From Euglena gracilis (Eukaryota), in NCBI GenBank assembly GCA_039621445.1, contig CP154954.1, forward strand, positions 9,612,634-9,661,728: DNA of 49,095 nt. Reading direction: 5' to 3'. The position numbers were made by a program, and so were the translations under genes. The notes beneath the pieces are model-generated. The model was not told the origin of the DNA, did not search any database, and saw only the letters and a program-made list of their open reading frames with translations. The number at the start of each line of letters is the position of its first letter. The stretch's first letter is position 1. Shown in pieces: positions 25,517 through 38,393 of the stretch.

Positions 25517-26465
25517 ATATCGAAAACTGTGTCCCAGACGCCGGTTCGGGCGGGAAACCTGTGCCTGGGACGCCGGTTCGGGCGGTAGCCCGAACCGGCG
25601 TCCCAGGCACAGGTTTCCCGCCCGAACCGGCGTCTGGGACACAGTGTTTGAAACCGTGGCTAGGGGGCTCCGTTTTCATGCCCGAACCGGCGGCTAGGGA
25701 ATCACGGCCAATTTCGCCCAAAATACCCATGTTTGGGGCAGTTTTGGGCGATTTTGGCCCAACTGGGCCGCCGGTCAAAAATGGCAGATTCCACACTTAT
25801 GAAGCCATGTTACCCATTAATCGAAAGCTCTTCTCAAGAGCTTTCGACAGATAATCACAGGATTCGGCCATAATGCACGCAGCGCTTATTTTCAGCGATC
25901 GTGTAGTCCAAAATTTGACATCCTAATTTGTCAAATCCCACAGTTCAGGTTGCAAATTGCATATCAAACGAAAGGTCTCGCCAACACCTTTCGCTTGGTA
26001 CCCACAGAACTCAGCCAGACTGCAAAGCGACCTCAAAATCAGCGATCGCATTTTTCCGCATTTTTCGGACCCCATTTGCATATCTGAAATTCCACTTTTC
26101 AGCAGCCATGTTACCCATCGATCGAAAGCTCTTCTCAAGGGCTTTCAGCAGATGACCTTAGATTTCAGCCATGCTGTGTGGTATTCTATTTCAGAAATTC
26201 TCCAAAATTGGCCAAAAGGAAACTTTTCCTCAAAAACCCCCAATTTTTGGCCCAAGACCACCCAAAAACTGCGCAAATGTGATTACCACATGTCTACAAA
26301 CCCTTTTGGACACTTTTTGGCACTTTTTATTTTGGGTCCCCCAGACGCCGGTTTCCCGCCCGAACCGGCGTCTGGGACGCCGGTTCGGCGCAGAAATTTC
26401 CCGCCCGAACCGGCGTCCCAGACGCCGGTTCGGGCATGAAAACGGAGCCCCCAGACACGGTTTCA
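25517..26465. mobile_element. Third hairpin plus asymmetric-TIR element, no TSD
   Basis: Palindrome ~25522-25650 (loop GGTA, 25584-25587). TGAAACCGTG (25649) is inverted at CACGGTTTCA (ending 26465). The empty site ATTCT|GGGTG is present in the sister host element at ~9597-9606. Confidence 0.7.
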
Positions 26466-26765
26466 GGGTGTTTTCTGCACAAAATGTCAGGCCTGGTCAG
26501 AAGTTCATCTTTCTCTGCTGCAGATCACGGGCAAGAGACCTCTGAAGTCTATCGTGCAGAAGTGGGTGAGGCGCTTTTGGAGATGATTATATGGTGCTTA
26601 GACCCTGTACACAGGTGGCTTGAGTTGAAATGAACTTATTGGAAGGAGTTTGTTGGTGACTAATCTGGACAAACTGCTCCATTGTGTTGGAATGCCTATC
26701 TTGTGTGCTTTCTGTTTCCTGTTGCTGTGTCGAAAAAGGCGAAGGTTTTTGTCTGTCCATGTGAT

Positions 26766-27067
26766 GGCCAGTTTTGGGCCAGATGTGTGGCCAGTTTTGG
26801 GCCAGATGTGTTCGTCAGTTTTGACCAGAGGTCATGGCCAGTTTTGGGCCAGATGTGCTGGCCAGTTTTGGGCCATGTGTGGTGGCCAGTTTTGGGCCAC
26901 ATGTGCTGGCCAATTTTGGGCCACATGTGCTGGCCAGTTTTGGGCCAGATGTGATGGTCAGGTTTGGGCCAAGTGTGCTGGCCAGTTTTGGGTCAGATGT
27001 GATGGCCAGTTTTGGGCCACAGGACGTGGCCAGTTTTGGGCCACAGGCTGTGGCCAGTTTTGGGCCA
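26766..27067. repeat. ~24-bp tandem minisatellite GGCCAGTTTTGGGCCA(C/G)ATGTG(C/A)T
   Basis: About a dozen degenerate units; a shorter array lies at ~10404-10480. Confidence 0.9.
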
Positions 27068-30000
27068 CAACCTTTTCTCAGGAGTTCTTTGGGTGCGATT
27101 CTCGTGGAGGGGGGGGGCGCAAAAGGGTTTTTGCGTTTTTTTTGGCAAAATTTGTGTTGGGGGGCTTTTCTGTGCTGCTCGGTTGTTTTTCTGCCCCCCT
27201 CCGTCTTCTGGCGGAGTCATATAGTGCTCCCGTTGCTAGGATGTTGATCGTTCAATGAAACCGGAAGTGCTTCCCAGCTCGAATAACTAAATAAGACGAG
27301 ACTACTTTTAGTTGCGGTTCCGACTGCTCGCCGTTGACACATCCGCCGGCATGGATGTTGCGATTAAACCTGGCGAGCACAGCCGTCGAGCGTAATAAAA
27401 ACCGGCGAGGTTGTGCCGCTGTGGCTTTGCCCTTCTTTAAATTTTGGCGCTCTCTGGTGGGCACTAAAAAAGGAGGAGGCGCCCCAGCCGCGGCCAGCCA
27501 CGGCTAGCCGTGGCTGGCGGCTGGGAGAAAAGAGGAGGAGGAGGTCTGGCTGGTGGCTGGTGAAAAAAAGAGGAGGAGGAGGTCTGGCCGGTATCTGGCT
27601 GGCCGTGGGGACCCCAGCTCCACAGGGTGACAGGGCTCTGGGAGGGGTGCGGGTTGATGGGTCCGGTGTGCAGGGGGTAGGGGGAGGAGGGGTCCAGGGT
27701 GCAGAGGTGTGACGGTGCAGAGGGTGTGTAGGGGTGGTGTGCGGCGGGCAGGGCGGTGGGGTGAGACGCCCGCAGGGGTTGTCAGTGGGGGCTTGGTTTA
27801 CAATATGTATTGGCTTGTGTGCGTGCAACCCAGGACTTTGACCTTGGTGTTTTTGTGAGGCACTAAAACAGATATTTGATGTTGATGCGTGCAATTGCGC
27901 AAATAAAACGTATGGTGTTGTGCGTGCCAGGGTAGGAGAGGGGTGCCGGTGGAAGAACCAGATGGTGGAAAGAGATGCGGATGAGAGGACCACACACAAA
28001 ACAAAAAACTGAACCAGACAAACAAACCCCCGGCGGGCGGGGATACGCTTGCCGCCCGAGCGCCTGGCTGAACAGGACGCGCGCTGGTTGTCAGTGGGGT
28101 GGTACTTGGGGGAGGGGTATTTTTTTTTTGTGACACGGGTGAGAGGGGCAGCACGGCACGAGAGGGGGAGGCAGGTCACGAGAGGGGTGTCACACCAACC
28201 CCCCCCCAAAAAAAAACTACACAAGTCCACCCCCCGGCAGGATAGAGGGCATGGGGATGACGTAGGCGGTGGGTGGCCAGCGGGGGGCGGTGTACACGGA
28301 CACCACGGCAGTGGGGCACCGTCTCCAGCTGGCAGGCAAATGACAAAACAACAAAGTGTGCGTTTTACTTGCGCAATTGCGCGCATCAACATAACATGAA
28401 GATGAATTCTTTTATTTGAAATAAAAATTCTGAGAGGGGACAGACCATGGCCGGGAGGGGACTGAGAGGGTGAAACACTTGTAACAGAAACATTTGCGCA
28501 AATGCGCGCATCAAAAGTGTTTTACAAAAAAAAGAGATAATGAGTATAGCATGCAGCGGGGAAGAGAACCAACAGAAAAAAAAAACTTTAGAGACAGGCC
28601 CACAGCCAGTCTCACTTCTTGTGCTTGGAGAGCCGCTTGGCGAGGCTCTCCGAGGCGGCTGCCGGTTTGCCACCGGGCTTCGGCAGCCCGCGGCGGACGG
28701 GGCCTGCCGGGGCCTCCTCCTCCTCGGACTCCTCCTCTTCGGACTCCGCCTCCTCTGGCGCTGGCGCTGCGGCCGCCGCTGCCTGCGACGACGTTGCCTC
28801 CGCCGCCACCTTGGCCTTGGCCGCGTCGATGATGTGCTTCATCGCCGGGGGTACTTCTTTGGGGGGTTCGAGGAGGTGGTAGGAGACCCCCTTGGGGCCT
28901 TGAGGCCTCCCCGGTCCGGGTGGACGGATCAGCCCCGCTTGCTTCCACCGGGTGTCCTCCTTGCCTTTGCCCCTTCCCCTTCCCCTCCCCCTTCTTCTCC
29001 TCCACCTTCTTCTCCTCCCCCTTCCTCTCTTTACCCTTCTGGGGCTCTGGCTTCCTGAACCCAGGGGTGATCTCCTCGATGGTGTCCTCCTCCTCTTCCT
29101 CTTCTCCCTCCCCTGCCGGGACTGCGGGAGCTTCGCTGGCGATCGGCGAGGAGGTGTTGGAGGTGTCGCTGCTGCTGCTCTCCTCCGCCTCCGGGTGCCG
29201 GCTGGGCTGGGCCACCGGCGGCGGCACGATGGCGGGGCTGGCCTCCTCAGGCTGGCTGGCGGGCGGGGTCAGCTCCGGGGTCTCCCGGCCGGGGGCGGTC
29301 ATCTCCACGTCACTGCCCTCCTCCGGGCTGTCCACTGCCTCGGCCTTCTCCCGTCGGGCCTTGGGGGGCGGGGGCCTGCTGGGCTTCTTCTCAGGCTCCT
29401 TCTTCCGCCGCTTCTTCTTGTTGTCACCCCCCTCCTTCTGGCGCTGCTCCTTGGTCTGGCGGCGCCGCTCCTCGGACTCCTTCGCCCTCCGAGCTGTCTC
29501 CTCAGCGGCCAGGCGGAGCTTGTCCTGGAGGGCGGCGTTCTCCAGGGGGACCCACAGGGGGTCCCCCCCTTCCAGGGCGGCCAACAGCAGCGGCAGCATG
29601 GCGGAGGTGACGGGCCGGGGCAGCGTCACCGTGTTGCCCATGGTCTGGGCGATGTCCTCCAGGCTGCTGGCGGAGTCCTCCGCCACCACCAGCACCTCGG
29701 GGGGGCTTGGCCGCCCAGGCCGCCACCCGGGCCGCCACCGCCACGTCGGCGGTCTGGATCACCATGGCGTTGGCCGCCTCCATCCGCCGCACCACCCTCC
29801 GCCACAGCCACTCCACGCAGAGCCAGTGCAGCCCCGCCCTGCAGCTGGACTCCACGTCCCACTCCACCTTCGGCAGCACCTACGAGAGGAGACAGACATA
29901 CATAGAAAGAATAAAGCCTTTTTGTACAGAAGGTGGGCGCAATTGCGCAAATAAAACGGGAACACTTCATTAAAAGCAGGCGGCTTGGCACTGGTGACCT

Positions 30001-30359
30001 TCCGGCACCCAATATGTAAAGCATATCATGCCAATCTGCACACTGGGACATCCAGGGTGCGTACCTTGCCCCGCTCCACGTCGCCGGGGCCGAACACGAC
30101 CACGAGGGCCCTCTTCTCAAACTTGCGGGCCACCCCCTGGCCCCCCTGCCGCAGCCAGACGTCCACCATGGCCGTCTCCCGCCCCGGCGCCAGCAGCCGC
30201 ACCGCCGTCTCCACCGCGGCCACCGCCCCGGCAGCGCCGTAGATGACGACCGGCACGACGCCGGCTAGGCGCTTGACCTGCTCGGCGAGGAGGAGGCAGG
30301 GTTCTGTTTCAGATAGCGTATTTATTTTAACCACGGTGCGCAAGTGCGCGCACAATAAC

Positions 30360-31017
30360 TGTTTACCCCGGGCGCCCCCCCTGCGGGTGTCGGACCGAAA
30401 ACCCCAGCCCCCTGGCCGGCTGATTCCTGCCCGTCACCCACCCCTGGGGCTGATATTCCCTGGTAGGGCCCAGTGTTTTTCCGGGTGGTGGAGGGCTCAG
30501 GCCACCCCCCGTTTCGCCCACTGGTAGTATACCCCCCGACCAGAGGGGGGTGCGTAGGATCGAATTAGCTTTTTCGTGGAAATCTTGTACAAAATCAAAA
30601 TTCCGCTCCAATGAAAATGTTTCTCCAAACTTTGATCCCCATGAGGCCATTTCACTCCTCCTTTCTTCTGGCATGCAAAAGATTGAGAATGGGTAAGGGT
30701 GGTGTTTTGTTCACTGAAATGGTGGTCAAAAAGCAACAATGACACACCGTGAATGAGGAAAGGTGGGACCTGACCTTTGAACTTGAAATTCTCAAAAATG
30801 ACAATTCTTCAATGAAATAATTCTTGAGGACTTCAATTCTCAATTGTATGCAACAAAGAAACCCACAAAAGTCTGCGGAAGCAAATTGTGCTGAATTGGA
30901 ACCTCAAATTAGGCTTTTCCTATAGAACGCGCGTTCTGCGCGGAATGAAAAATTCCGTGTTTTCAAAAGCTTCCGCCCTGCCATTTTTGACTGTCGGACG
31001 CCCCCCGACAGTCGACA
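30360..31017 (-). repeat. 3' LTR (658 bp)
   Basis: Matches 42442-43097 with about 5 substitutions and 2 small indels by eye. Confidence 0.95.
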
Positions 31018-31028
31018 CCCCCTCCCTT
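31018..31028 (-). promoter_or_regulatory. Polypurine tract AAGGGAGGGGG
   Basis: Directly abuts the TG of the 3' LTR on the minus strand. Confidence 0.85.
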
Positions 31029-32376
31029 GCGACATTAGTCGGACCCTCAAAAAAATGAAAATTGAATAGAAAAGCGAAGACATGGAAAAAAAATCAGAAT
31101 GAAACAAATGCAAATGAGAATCCTTCACCAATGTCTTGAGAAAGAGAATGATGAAACGCCTATGCCCCTCGCTTAGTGTTACCTTGCCACAAAAACAAGG
31201 CACACGGCACCACTTAGCGGCTTCAAAAAAAATGCGAAAAACGTCCCCCTTGAAAATCCAAGCGCCCCCCCCCCCACAGGCTGGGGGCATGAAAAAAAAA
31301 TGGCAAGAAAAAAAAATGGCCATAAACTCCGTTAATGTCATTCAAAACAGAGATGAAAACTGGGCTACCCCCCCCCCCCCCACCAATCAAAAAAAATCGT
31401 GGGGAGAGTTCTGACTTTTTGCACCCCGGAGGGAAAATGTTGGAGGGAAATTTTTGGCCCCACCCCCCCCCGAACATTCGGCGTGACCGCTTGGGGAGAG
31501 TTCGGACAGCCCCCACCCCCCCCCCCCCCCCCGGTGCTTGTGACTTACTTTCTCATGGCTCACCAAAAAACTCGAATTCTTGGATTGGACGTTCTCTTGC
31601 ACTACACAATCTTGGTGGACATCCGAAATGCAACCAACCCTCCATGAATGAAATCCGGTGAAATTCACTTAAAAAATAACCATTCACAGGGTCGTCGCAT
31701 GGTGTATCATACATCAACCGAAAAATCAGGCGGTCTCCATCACACAATCCTTTGGACACGGGCATGGGAATGGGCGACCCCCCCCTCGACCGAAACACGT
31801 TTGGAGGGAGCTCACCCAAAAATCGGAGAAATTCAGCCCCCCCCCCCCGCATCCACGGAGAAGGTGAGGCTTCTTCCCCCTTGCAACATTCACCAATGAC
31901 TCGGAATCCAAATAAATCATCAAAACTCCATACATTTTGGGCCGCTCTCCTACACAGGGGCTATGGCTCAACCTTGGTAAAAAAAGCCAAATCCTTCGGT
32001 CCCCCTTTCCATTCACGGTATGGGAGGGTGAGGTCAGGGTGGGGAATGTAGGGAGGGGGGTGCGGGGTTCGGGTAGCGGGTGTTGGGGCCGTTTATAAAG
32101 AGGAAAGCCCCAACGGGGCTGGGCTATGGACAAGTTGGGTGGTGGTGTATTCGGTTGATTGGGTAAAAAGGCTTCATCTCCTCGTCTCGTCTCCTCATCT
32201 CATCTCCTTGTCTCGTCTCCTTGTCTCGTCTCCTTGCTTGCGTAGGGTGCTCGCCTCCTTCCTGCGGTGGTGCGCTCGCACTTTTCCCTTGGGGCTCCCT
32301 TGGGTGTGCTTGGAGCCTCCAAGTCCTCAAAACCTGTGAGAGCAAAGCGAAAGAGAAGAGCAAGCACAAAATATGC

Positions 32377-32378
<2 letters not shown>

Positions 32379-32412
<34 letters not shown>
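32379..32412. repeat. (GA)n microsatellite in the retroelement 3' region
   Basis: Direct reading. Confidence 0.9.
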
Positions 32413-32414
<2 letters not shown>

Positions 32415-32617
32415 AAATTCATCACATGCTCGAAAAATCAAAACATATGAGAATCATGGAGTCAAAAACAAAAGGTATGATGCACATAAGCAATGCACAA
32501 GCACACAAACAACTCGCCGAAACAGCACTTGGCCCAACTCAAAGCAAGAGCCTCAAACATTTGGGCTCCCCGATCAAAAAAAGAGCAAAATGGACCGAGC
32601 CTTCAACTTTCGGCTCA

Positions 32618-34100
32618 CTAGGGTTTCAAAGATTTTTTCAATTCGGACATCAAATCGACCCCTAGGTTTTTCTTCGTGCAATACCTCACCAACTCCTCAC
32701 TAAATCGGTGTATGAAATTCCCCACCGGCTCCCAGGTTTCCTCCCCCTCGTTGTAACCAACCCATTTCGTGAGGAATTCCCAGGTTCCCCCCTTCTTTCG
32801 GTGGTTCAGAATTTTTTCAACTTCCCACTCATCAGGCATTGCTTCCTCTTCTTTTTCGGTCCTCTTGAAAAAGAACAAAGGCACCCCCTCACCAAAAACT
32901 TCAGGCTCTTTGTATTCCTTAAGGAAACTACGATGAACCTTCATTTCCATCCCGGGTTTAATTTCAACAATGTAACTCCTCTCCCCCTCCCGGGCTTTAA
33001 TAATCCCAGGTCCAATCCATCTGGAATCCAATTTTTCTCCGGATCCTTCGGGTCTCCTATACCACACTTGGGTTCCCAATTTTAAGGGTACCAACTCCCT
33101 CCTCCCTTGGTTGACCCAACTCGCTTGAACCCAATGTGCGTGGTTGAGAACCTTAGCAACTTTCTCATCCACCTCCTTTATTCGGCGAAAGAAACTTTGA
33201 GCGTCCTCACACTCCTTCGGTGTTTGATAGGGTATTCCCCCAATGGGTCTATCCCTTCCAAACAAAATTTCGTAAGGACTAAAACCACTCTCCCCCTTGG
33301 TGTCATGAATGCGATCCAAAACTTGGGGAAGTGCTTCCACCCAATTCATTTTTTCCTCCACAAACAACTTTCGGAGGATTTCCATAATTTGTTGGCCGGC
33401 TCTCTCCACCCTCCCATTTGCTTGGTGGTGGTAAGCTTGGGAAAATGCTTGCCGAATTCCCATGAGCGAACACATGGTTTGCCACCATGTGTTGACAAAA
33501 TGGCTCCCTTGGTCACTTGAAATTATTGACGGGACTCCAAAGGGTTTCCATTGGGCTTTAAGCATTTCCTTGGCCAATTTTGCACCCGTTAATCCTTTAT
33601 CAAAACACGGTATGGCTACAATCCAACCGGAATGTCGGTCCACGCAAACAGCCATTGTGTTGTACTCCCCCCTCGTACAACCTCTTCTGCATTTTGAAAA
33701 GATCTATAGCCACACGTACCCTGGGCGCGGGTGGTATGGGTTTTAAGTCAATTGTTCCTTTCAATGTCTCCCCCCTCAAGCTCGCTTGACAAGTTGTGCA
33801 ATTTTTGCTACAACTGTCGGTGAAAACTTTCGCCTTCTTTTCATCAGCCCATGCATACCTCAAATTGACGTGCCTCCACACCTTTTCCGGACCAACGTGT
33901 CCAAGAAATTTGTGGTTTTCAAGGATGATCATTTCTTGAAAACTTAGTGGAATGCACAACTTCTCCTCTCGAAACATTTGGTTTTTGTGGACTTTCACCC
34001 CCTTAGGCCACTCACCATTTTCTTGTGTTGCTTGCCAAATCTTTTTCCACGTGGGACACAAAGTGTATGCAACCACCCAATCTTGCTCCCAAACCGATTT
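32618..34100 (-). pseudogene. pol: Integrase (HHCC zinc finger, DDE core, GPY/F-like module) with C-terminal chromodomain (~32680-32830); frameshift near 33660-33690
   Basis: H-KFLG-H...CTTC; AIDLF; SDQGSHF; ANGRVER; RWIGPG; WEVEKILNHR..FLTKWVGY..ETWEP. Confidence 0.92.
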
Positions 34101-34539
34101 TGTTCCCTCAGGGGTTACACTTGGAGTTGGCGCGGCCATACCTCCTCTCCCGTACCCCCCCTCGGCAACTCATTGGATGAAAGCTTTGGGTTGGTCACCA
34201 AATTACCCGCGGGGTCCACTCCATCCCAAAAAGTGACTCTCAACTTTTTGTCCTTTTTCCCCTTTGACCTGGGCCCTTGTGTGTGTGTGTGTCAACGGTG
34301 GTGTCTATGCCTCCCGGATTTACTACACCTCGGTTCCCTTCTCTCTTGCATGCTATCCATAGAATCTTTTGGTTCCACCAATTTCCCGCTACGGGTTATC
34401 ACCCCTCTAATCCACGTGTTACGGTTGTTGGGCTGATTTTTCACTCTAATCCACAAACAATTTCTTTCGTCTTCCCTTTCCTCTCTTATGAGTTCCTCCA
34501 TTTCTTCCTTATCCTCGGCTGAACCGTGTTTGCTTACGT

Positions 34540-35100
34540 CCCTTAATGCTTGTGAGGCCGGGTAAGCCCACCGACTCAAAATGTCGGCAATTGTGTTTTC
34601 TTTACCCGGTATGTACCCCACCGTCAAATCATATTTTGAAAAAATCTGGTGCCATCGTGCCCTCCTACCCACCGGACCACTGGGGGTATCGAGCACCTCT
34701 TTTGACCATGCCTCCAAACTTTGGTGGTCGGTCAACACCAAAACGGGTTGAAGACCGATCCAACTTTCCCATTTTTGGAGAGCCAAAATTATGGCATAAG
34801 TCTCCAACTCCCGGGGGGTCCATTTCCTTTGCCCCACGGTAAGTTTTCGGGACATGAAGGCAATAGGCACCGTTTTCTTATCCATCACATCTTGGGGTGT
34901 GGGCTTACCATTTCCTTCCTTTAGTTGTTCTAGTGTAGCCCCCACGGCGTACCCACTTGCATCTACCCTTAATACAAAGGGTTTATCGGGGTCTACACGT
35001 TGTAGGATTAAGCCCGAACACAAACGTTTCTTCAACTTCAACTCCTCAAACGCTTGGAGATCCCCCTCCCCAAATTCAACTCTTTTTCCTTTTTTTACCA
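34540..35100 (-). pseudogene. pol: RNase H domain (Ty3/Gypsy type)
   Basis: FVLRVDASGYAVGATLEQ, IAFMSRKL, RELETYAI, VLTDHQSL, YIPGKENTIADILSR. Confidence 0.92.
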
Positions 35101-36500
35101 ACATCCCTAGGCACCTTCAACTTGTCTTGCAAGGGTGCGGCAATTTGAGCATACATATGGATGTATGCATTGTAGTAGTTGGTAAAACCAAGAAAGGCTC
35201 TTAATGCGGTTATGGTTGTGGGAACCTCCCATTTCTCAATGGCACGAAGTTTGCCCGGTGCTGGCCATCGGGCACCATGACCCAAAATTTGGCCACAAAA
35301 TTCCACTTCCTTGATGAACAATTTTGCCTTTTTTGGGTCCACCACAAAAAATTCTTTGGCCAACAAATCCAAAACTCGGCACAAATCCCTTTTGTGCGCC
35401 TCTAGGAGGTCTTCCCCCTCCCCAACGGTTGTCCCACCAAAAATATCATCTGAGTATGGGGTTGCTATGTCCCTTACGGGTGCTAGCCTCTCATCCATCA
35501 TTTGTTGAAATTGTTGTGAGGCGTTAGTTAACCCCATTACATTGACCCTCCATTGGTAGAGACCCTTTGGTGTGAAGGAGCAAGTTATTGGCCGGCTATC
35601 CGGGTGAAGCGGTTGTTGTTGGTGGAATGCTTGTTTTAAGTCCAAAATGGAGAACATTTGGTTGCCACCATGCTTAGGTTTCTAGCGGGTGGCACCTACT
35701 TTTATTGGGTTTGACCTCCTCCAAAGATTTTTGGGTCGGGATTTGGAGAGCTTTTTTTTTGTTTCGTCCAAATTTATTTTTTTTTCTCGTTTTTTTTCCA
35801 ACATTCTTAATTTCCGTTTCCTGTTTTTTCCCAGTGTCTCCTCCTTCTTGGTTGCATCCCAAGGGCCCCCCTTGTGGGGCTACCCCGTTTCTTTTCAATT
35901 TTCTCCCCCTTTCATTCATTTGCTTCCTTTCCTTTTAAATCCCTCCTTTTCGGGGATGGTTGGGGGTTCTTGGGTAAATTTTTTGTCGTTCTTTGCCTTT
36001 TTGGGTTTGTTTGGTCTCTTTGGCTTTTTGCCGTCCCCTCTTGGGGCTAACAAGTTGTGATGTCGCGTTGTCCCTTCTCGTCCCCTGCTCTTGTTCGTTA
36101 AATTGTCCTTTGAGTGTTGCGTTCTTCCCCCTTAGCTCCCTTTTTTTGGCCCCTATCCGGTGGCCCTTTTGGTTTTTTGTTAATCTGGCCGCCCTGGGGC
36201 CCACCCAGGATATCTTCGATTTTCGGAAGAGGGTAGTTGCACCTACGGGTTGGCTATTGGGTCCCCTCATGTCAACAACCCCCCTCCAAGGAAAAACTGG
36301 AGACTTTTTGGGCACGGGGAAAGTTTGTGAGAGCAATTCTGAATTTTTTGTTGTGGCTGGCTCGATGAATTTTATTCGATCCAATCTTGAGTGATTTTTT
36401 CCAAAGCTTCTTTTCGTTCCCCGTGCATGAAGAATGGTTTTTGTCGAGTTGGTGTTGCTCCTTCCTTCAAAGGTATAAAAGCATACCCATAGGGTCCCCT
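35100..36500 (-). pseudogene. pol: Reverse transcriptase, frameshifted and interrupted by a ~530-bp insertion (35677-36205)
   Basis: FPVPKK..WRGVVDMR.PN, YPLPKIEDIL, FSILDLKQAFHQ, MGLTNASQQFQ, YSDD, FCGQIL, LRAFLGFTNYY. Confidence 0.92.
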
Positions 36501-36887
36501 TATGGGTGGTTCCGGGTATACCGTTGACCTAAAAACCGTTCCTTCATATTTTTGTTGAATTTCCTCCCTTAATAGCCTTAACTTGCCTTCATCCTTATCT
36601 TCCTCCTCTTCATTATTTGCATCCCCCCCCTCCCTTGCAATTATCATCCGTCGGATGGGTTGGGGGTTTGCTTCGGACACGTTCAAATTTTTGTGCAAAA
36701 AATTCAGGGTTCGGTCATCCAAAAAGCGACTTCTTTGATCAAACCCACTCAAAGGTAGTTGGAAACCAAATTTGTGCAAATGGGCCGTGCCCCCCTCTTG
36801 GGGCAAACTTTTTGAAGTGTTTGAGTGTCGCCGTTTTCTGAAATCACGCACACCAAACAAAAATGTGAGCTCGGGGGTTTCCAAAAC

Positions 36888-37250
36888 CAAAGCTCGGTGA
36901 TGTGGAAAAACTCCAAGTTTTGCTTGGGCAAGCCATGGGAATGACAAAATGGCATCCACTTTTATGTTTGCTTCGTAAAATTCCACTTCATACTCAAAAC
37001 ATTCGGGTGGTGTCCCATTATTCTCCTCCCCAAGCAACTTCATTCTCACCTTAGTGCACCTTGTCCCCCCTCTTAAAACTTGGCCGTTAGCCGTTTCAAA
37101 CTTAAGGGGATTTTCAGCCGAGTGCATTAGGTGATCGCTTACAAATCCTTGCCTTATGAGGTTTGCTTCCGCCCCCGTATCCACCAATATATTCATATCC
37201 CGTTCCTCCCCATTGACCAAAATTACCTTTGTGCGAATCAAAAGTTGCCG
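36888..37250 (-). CDS. pol: Retropepsin aspartic protease domain
   Basis: ILVDTGAEANLI ... DAILSFPWL within the 796-aa ORF 36372-38762. Confidence 0.9.
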
Positions 37251-37367
37251 ATCCTTGGAAAACTTGCTTACCCCTGTGGGTGAATACGTTTTTTTCACCA
37301 TACGCGACTTCAAACGTACAACCTTTGGTTCCTTAGGCGTGTTAGTGCTAGTGGGGGGCTTATCACC

Positions 37368-37763
37368 CTCTATCAACAAGGCCCAAACTCCCCACTTCAC
37401 ACCTCCCATGGGTTTCCCATCCACTTCGAAAAGCTTTGTTCCAGGCTGAAAATACAATTTTTGTGTCGCCTTTCGCACAAGTTCTCTCACCCATCCCCTT
37501 TGCCAATCGGGAACAATGCAAATTGCATCACACGGGGTTTTTTGCAACTTTTTTGCCACCTTATGCCATAACGACCATGGGGGATTCAACCACACCGTGC
37601 CCCCCTTCCCCCAATCAACGCTCAAGGCATTTTCCTCCTTCGTCAAAAAAGAAGCACATTGAGAATTTTTGGTTGAGGCAAAACAATCCATTTCGGCTCT
37701 CCTTTGAAATTTCTCCTCAATCAATTTCACAAAGGAGTTTCTCACGGCATAGTCCTCCCTTTT
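37368..37763 (-). CDS. Dam-like (phage/DIRS-type) N6-adenine DNA methyltransferase domain
   Basis: MDCFASTKNSQC, NALSVDW, catalytic VWLNPPW, IVPDW; uninterrupted frame. Confidence 0.85.
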
Positions 37764-37790
37764 GAAGGAAAATTTCTCCTCCTTAAAATC

Positions 37791-38393
37791 AAGGGCCGAA
37801 AGAAGATATTCAATCAAATTTTGAGGCATTCTCCATTTTTGATGTGTGCTCGTATGCATATGCCTCCCACCCAATTGCTCCTTGTGTGCCCACCTGCCCC
37901 CCTCCTTCAACACCATGTTGGGGCAGGTTTTTCCATCACAAATTTTGTCCTTCAAACTTAAGAGATTCTCACTCCCCCAAATACGGGTTGGTTTTTGGTA
38001 TCCCCAATCAGAAAATTGGCAATAATCAACATCAATGAAATTCAAATTTCGAACACATTGCCGTTTGGGTAAATATCCCGTACGGGGATTTTCAATCCAC
38101 CACAATTTGGGTTGAAAATATTCCACGATCTCCAAAGTTTTTTCGACAAGGCGATCTGCCGTTTGCATGTCCCTACCCCCTATCGTTTTTGCAAGGCTAT
38201 ACTCCGTGCATGGCACACCGGCCGCAATAACTTCAAAGTATCCCTGGGGGTATTTGCGATAATCCCACTCCAAAATGTCTGTTACGTGGGTTGGGTGAAA
38301 TTTTGGGTTGACATCCAAAGATACCACCTGGTATCCGTTTTCCTCCAAACCCCTCCCCACAGATCCTTTTCCCGAAAACAAATCCAACGCCTT
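37791..38393 (-). CDS. C5-cytosine DNA methyltransferase domain (compact viral/phage type)
   Basis: Motif I ALDLFSGKGS, II SLD, III DIL, IV GVPC, VI IENP, VII VDYCQF, VIII QKPTRIW, X-like RMPQNL; uninterrupted frame. Confidence 0.9.

Larger units (their letters stand above)
25286..27621. mobile_element. Second GGAGCTGGGG-terminus TIR element, 3-bp TSD ACA
   Basis: ACA|GGAGCTGGGG ... CCCCAGCTCC|ACA; shares internal blocks with 9374-11260. Confidence 0.8.

Noticed and set aside
26766-27067. Regularly spaced repeats resembling a CRISPR array
   Set aside because: Units are contiguous ~24-bp tandem copies with only ~7-nt related variable parts, no unique spacers, no cas genes, and a eukaryotic TE context.
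28441-28470. CAG|ACCATGGCCGGG as the next PFK exon (AMAG)
   Set aside because: Wrong phase for the 3437 donor, and it stops after a few codons without PFK similarity.
28920-29954. Long plus-strand ORFs (344 and 317 aa)
   Set aside because: Antisense shadows of the GC-rich minus-strand exon.
31029-32617. env-like gene in the retroelement 3' region
   Set aside because: Only short low-complexity ORFs; no signal peptide/transmembrane ORF of plausible size on the sense strand.
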